From assembly GCA_964490885.1 (NCBI GenBank), contig CAZBEL010000001.1, positions 1-30,715 on the forward strand: DNA of 30,715 bases, in the 5' to 3' direction. Positions 30,201-30,715 of the stretch are shown here, one piece after another. The position numbers and the translations under genes are program-made. Numbering within the stretch: the stretch's first letter is position 1; each line of letters begins with the position of its first letter. The notes beneath the pieces were generated by a model. The model searched no databases. It worked only from the letters and a program-made list of their open reading frames with translations, and was not told the origin of the DNA. Source of the DNA: an uncultured bacterium (GTDB lineage Bacteria; Fidelibacterota; Marinisomatia; Marinisomatales; TCS56).

Positions 30201-30715
30201 GCAACCTCTCCTGACACCGTTGCTCTTACTGGTGTCGGAGACGCCACCTCTGGTGGACCGGATGGATTTGGTTATACATGGGTGAATAGCTACGACGCTG
30301 CCGGTCCGACCTTTAGCTGGATCGACACGTCTGGAGCTACAAGTACGGGTATTGCCAATGGTGATGACTGGCGTGGAACTGTGAACCTTCCCTTTGCCTT
30401 CCGGTTTTATGGCGTGCCTTACAACCAAATCACCGTTACTACCAATGGCTGGGTCGGTATGGGTCCATATACCAATTATAGTAGTTCTTATTGGACGAAC
30501 TACCCCATTCCTACCTCCAGCGCACCTAACAATATGATCGCAGGTTTGTGGGACGATTGGAAAGCAGGCGGAAGTTACCCTGCCGGCGATATTCTGGTGA
30601 AAACTGTCGGAACAGCGCCCAATCGACAATTTGTAGTTATTTTCTTCGAATTCGTCCGCTCCTCCTCTAACACCGATTACTATACTTGGGAAGTAATCTT
30701 GGATGAAGCCACCAG
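27300..30715 (+). CDS. Large secreted modular adhesin/surface protein (3x [cleaved-adhesin/choice-of-anchor J-like + Ig-like choice-of-anchor D/ASH-like], then a nidogen/NIDO-like domain); partial, runs off the right edge
   Basis: Not in the ORF track because it has no stop in the window. The frame is continuous for 1138 codons. It has the signal peptide MKTIAKALFVIFSFTLFFSLSFA, the motifs SEGFE...NW, NDDWLITP, YVDD, IDFG...NxGGSDL and SPDTVxLxG, then GGPDGFGYTW...FAFRFYG...TNGW...IAGLWDD. Domain names were assigned by eye. Confidence 0.9.
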   Translation, partial: MKTIAKALFVIFSFTLFFSLSFAKVQGKQDQNRVPNTRTNQFQVMSKMEHQLDVAKKATETQDDEGNLKERRILGEDRGLDQKNIEPLSAQIKSAAKRQYNHSSQSLNQTTVKAVVSRNLNSSPMAEEVDDPIARQILSKMDSGVELNESEIAYAKEQNIDHVIPSNPRTPANVSRTALSEGFEGGSIPSNWTIYNNDGDTYEWQAYYTSSAHTGNYVARIHYNSAGNDDWLITPKLSVATGDSIIFWAKSYSSSYLEDFNVKLSATDNAMASFTVTIASVTSTPYDWTRYAYPLESYVGQDVYIAVQCTSVDQWYLYVDDFSGPNIWVDPNPVYAASVSEIDFGNTGTSGVTTNFSVYNNGGSDLTITGISIANTDFTTSVTSLTIASGDTGTIDVTYAPTAVEGDTTDLIIAHNGASSPDTVKLLGAGVDAIFWQDFEAWATNNYYSDPDPVGWSQEASSGAGSSDGKMWEKETDTYSFVYSGSVAAEFDSYEGADGDTGAFITPEIDFSIGSSTDITTASFKFYYKKRGTKAFRVEYSSDQGASWTTGFTTTAENYQSGSGGWDLVTINVPVGSTYIFKFVGEASGSSTTGDVYIDEVSMVEVPPTPSFDLTYSSVTFFPAEIGDIVSDTTFTVGTNTGSGDLIVDSIVVTNSDFMVSLAASIASGDTIFGGGSIDIDYSWIPTTFGWDVSDVIFYTNAATSPDTMQMRGEASRQYVNFDDETFPYGWLIIDNDTVNAYGYDNGWEFYSSYGPGYSVPYVRSHFNVDGANDWMITQKLSVVAGDSIIFYSNSSSSSILEDTIHVYVSTTDNAMSSFTTQIGEVISQGWTNLRTAIDLSTWAGTDIYLAIVHHGSVGTNYWSYRKVDDVMLPARWVDPNPVAALSATAIDFGTTYQNLSLVDVLTIANMGGSDLIISDISTDNSDFTVDVSMASLAPDSALDVTVTFTPTTADTLTGNLIITSNAATSPDTVALTGVGDATSGGPDGFGYTWVNSYDAAGPTFSWIDTSGATSTGIANGDDWRGTVNLPFAFRFYGVPYNQITVTTNGWVGMGPYTNYSSSYWTNYPIPTSSAPNNMIAGLWDDWKAGGSYPAGDILVKTVGTAPNRQFVVIFFEFVRSSSNTDYYTWEVILDEAT
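27835..30240 (+). repeat. Three tandem protein-level modules of about 800 bp inside the secreted protein (approx. 27835-28590, 28591-29445, 29450-30240)
   Basis: Each module ends in SPDT(V/M)xxxG. Modules 1 and 3 share NDDWLITPKLSVATGDSIIF / ANDWMITQKLSVVAGDSIIF, TDNAMASFT / TDNAMSSFT and WVDPNPV / WVDPNPV. Boundaries are approximate. Confidence 0.8.

Noticed and set aside
27354-30629. Ten short track ORFs in the right-hand 3.4 kb, which make the region look fragmented
   Set aside because: All are shadows of the single continuous plus-strand frame starting at 27300.

Overview
Bacterial chromosomal replication-origin region at about 50% GC. A Marinimicrobia/FCB-type organism is my guess from gene content and is not verified. 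From left to right: a split NifJ-type pyruvate:ferredoxin oxidoreductase (second half runs off the left edge and is absent from the ORF track), a MATE transporter, a probably exported carbon-nitrogen hydrolase, a family-4 uracil-DNA glycosylase coupled to a small hypothetical protein, psuG, a degenerate purine-nucleoside-phosphorylase-like ORF, yggS, gyrA, gyrB, dciA (DUF721), dnaN, a 353-bp AT-rich DnaA-box interval, surA, a PpiC-type lipoprotein, mfd, mnmG, mnmE, yidC, yidD, rpmH (absent from the track), dnaA, and a >1138-aa secreted modular adhesin-like protein running off the right edge (absent from the track). The main oddity is a rearranged origin locus. dnaA and dnaN are about 11 kb apart and point away from each other. 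The best oriC candidate stays with dnaN, and a hand-sampled GC-skew switch falls there. rnpA, recF and rsmG/parA/parB are missing from their usual slots, while two parS sites sit at the 5' ends of mnmG and mfd. I found no tRNA, rRNA, CRISPR array or mobile element.
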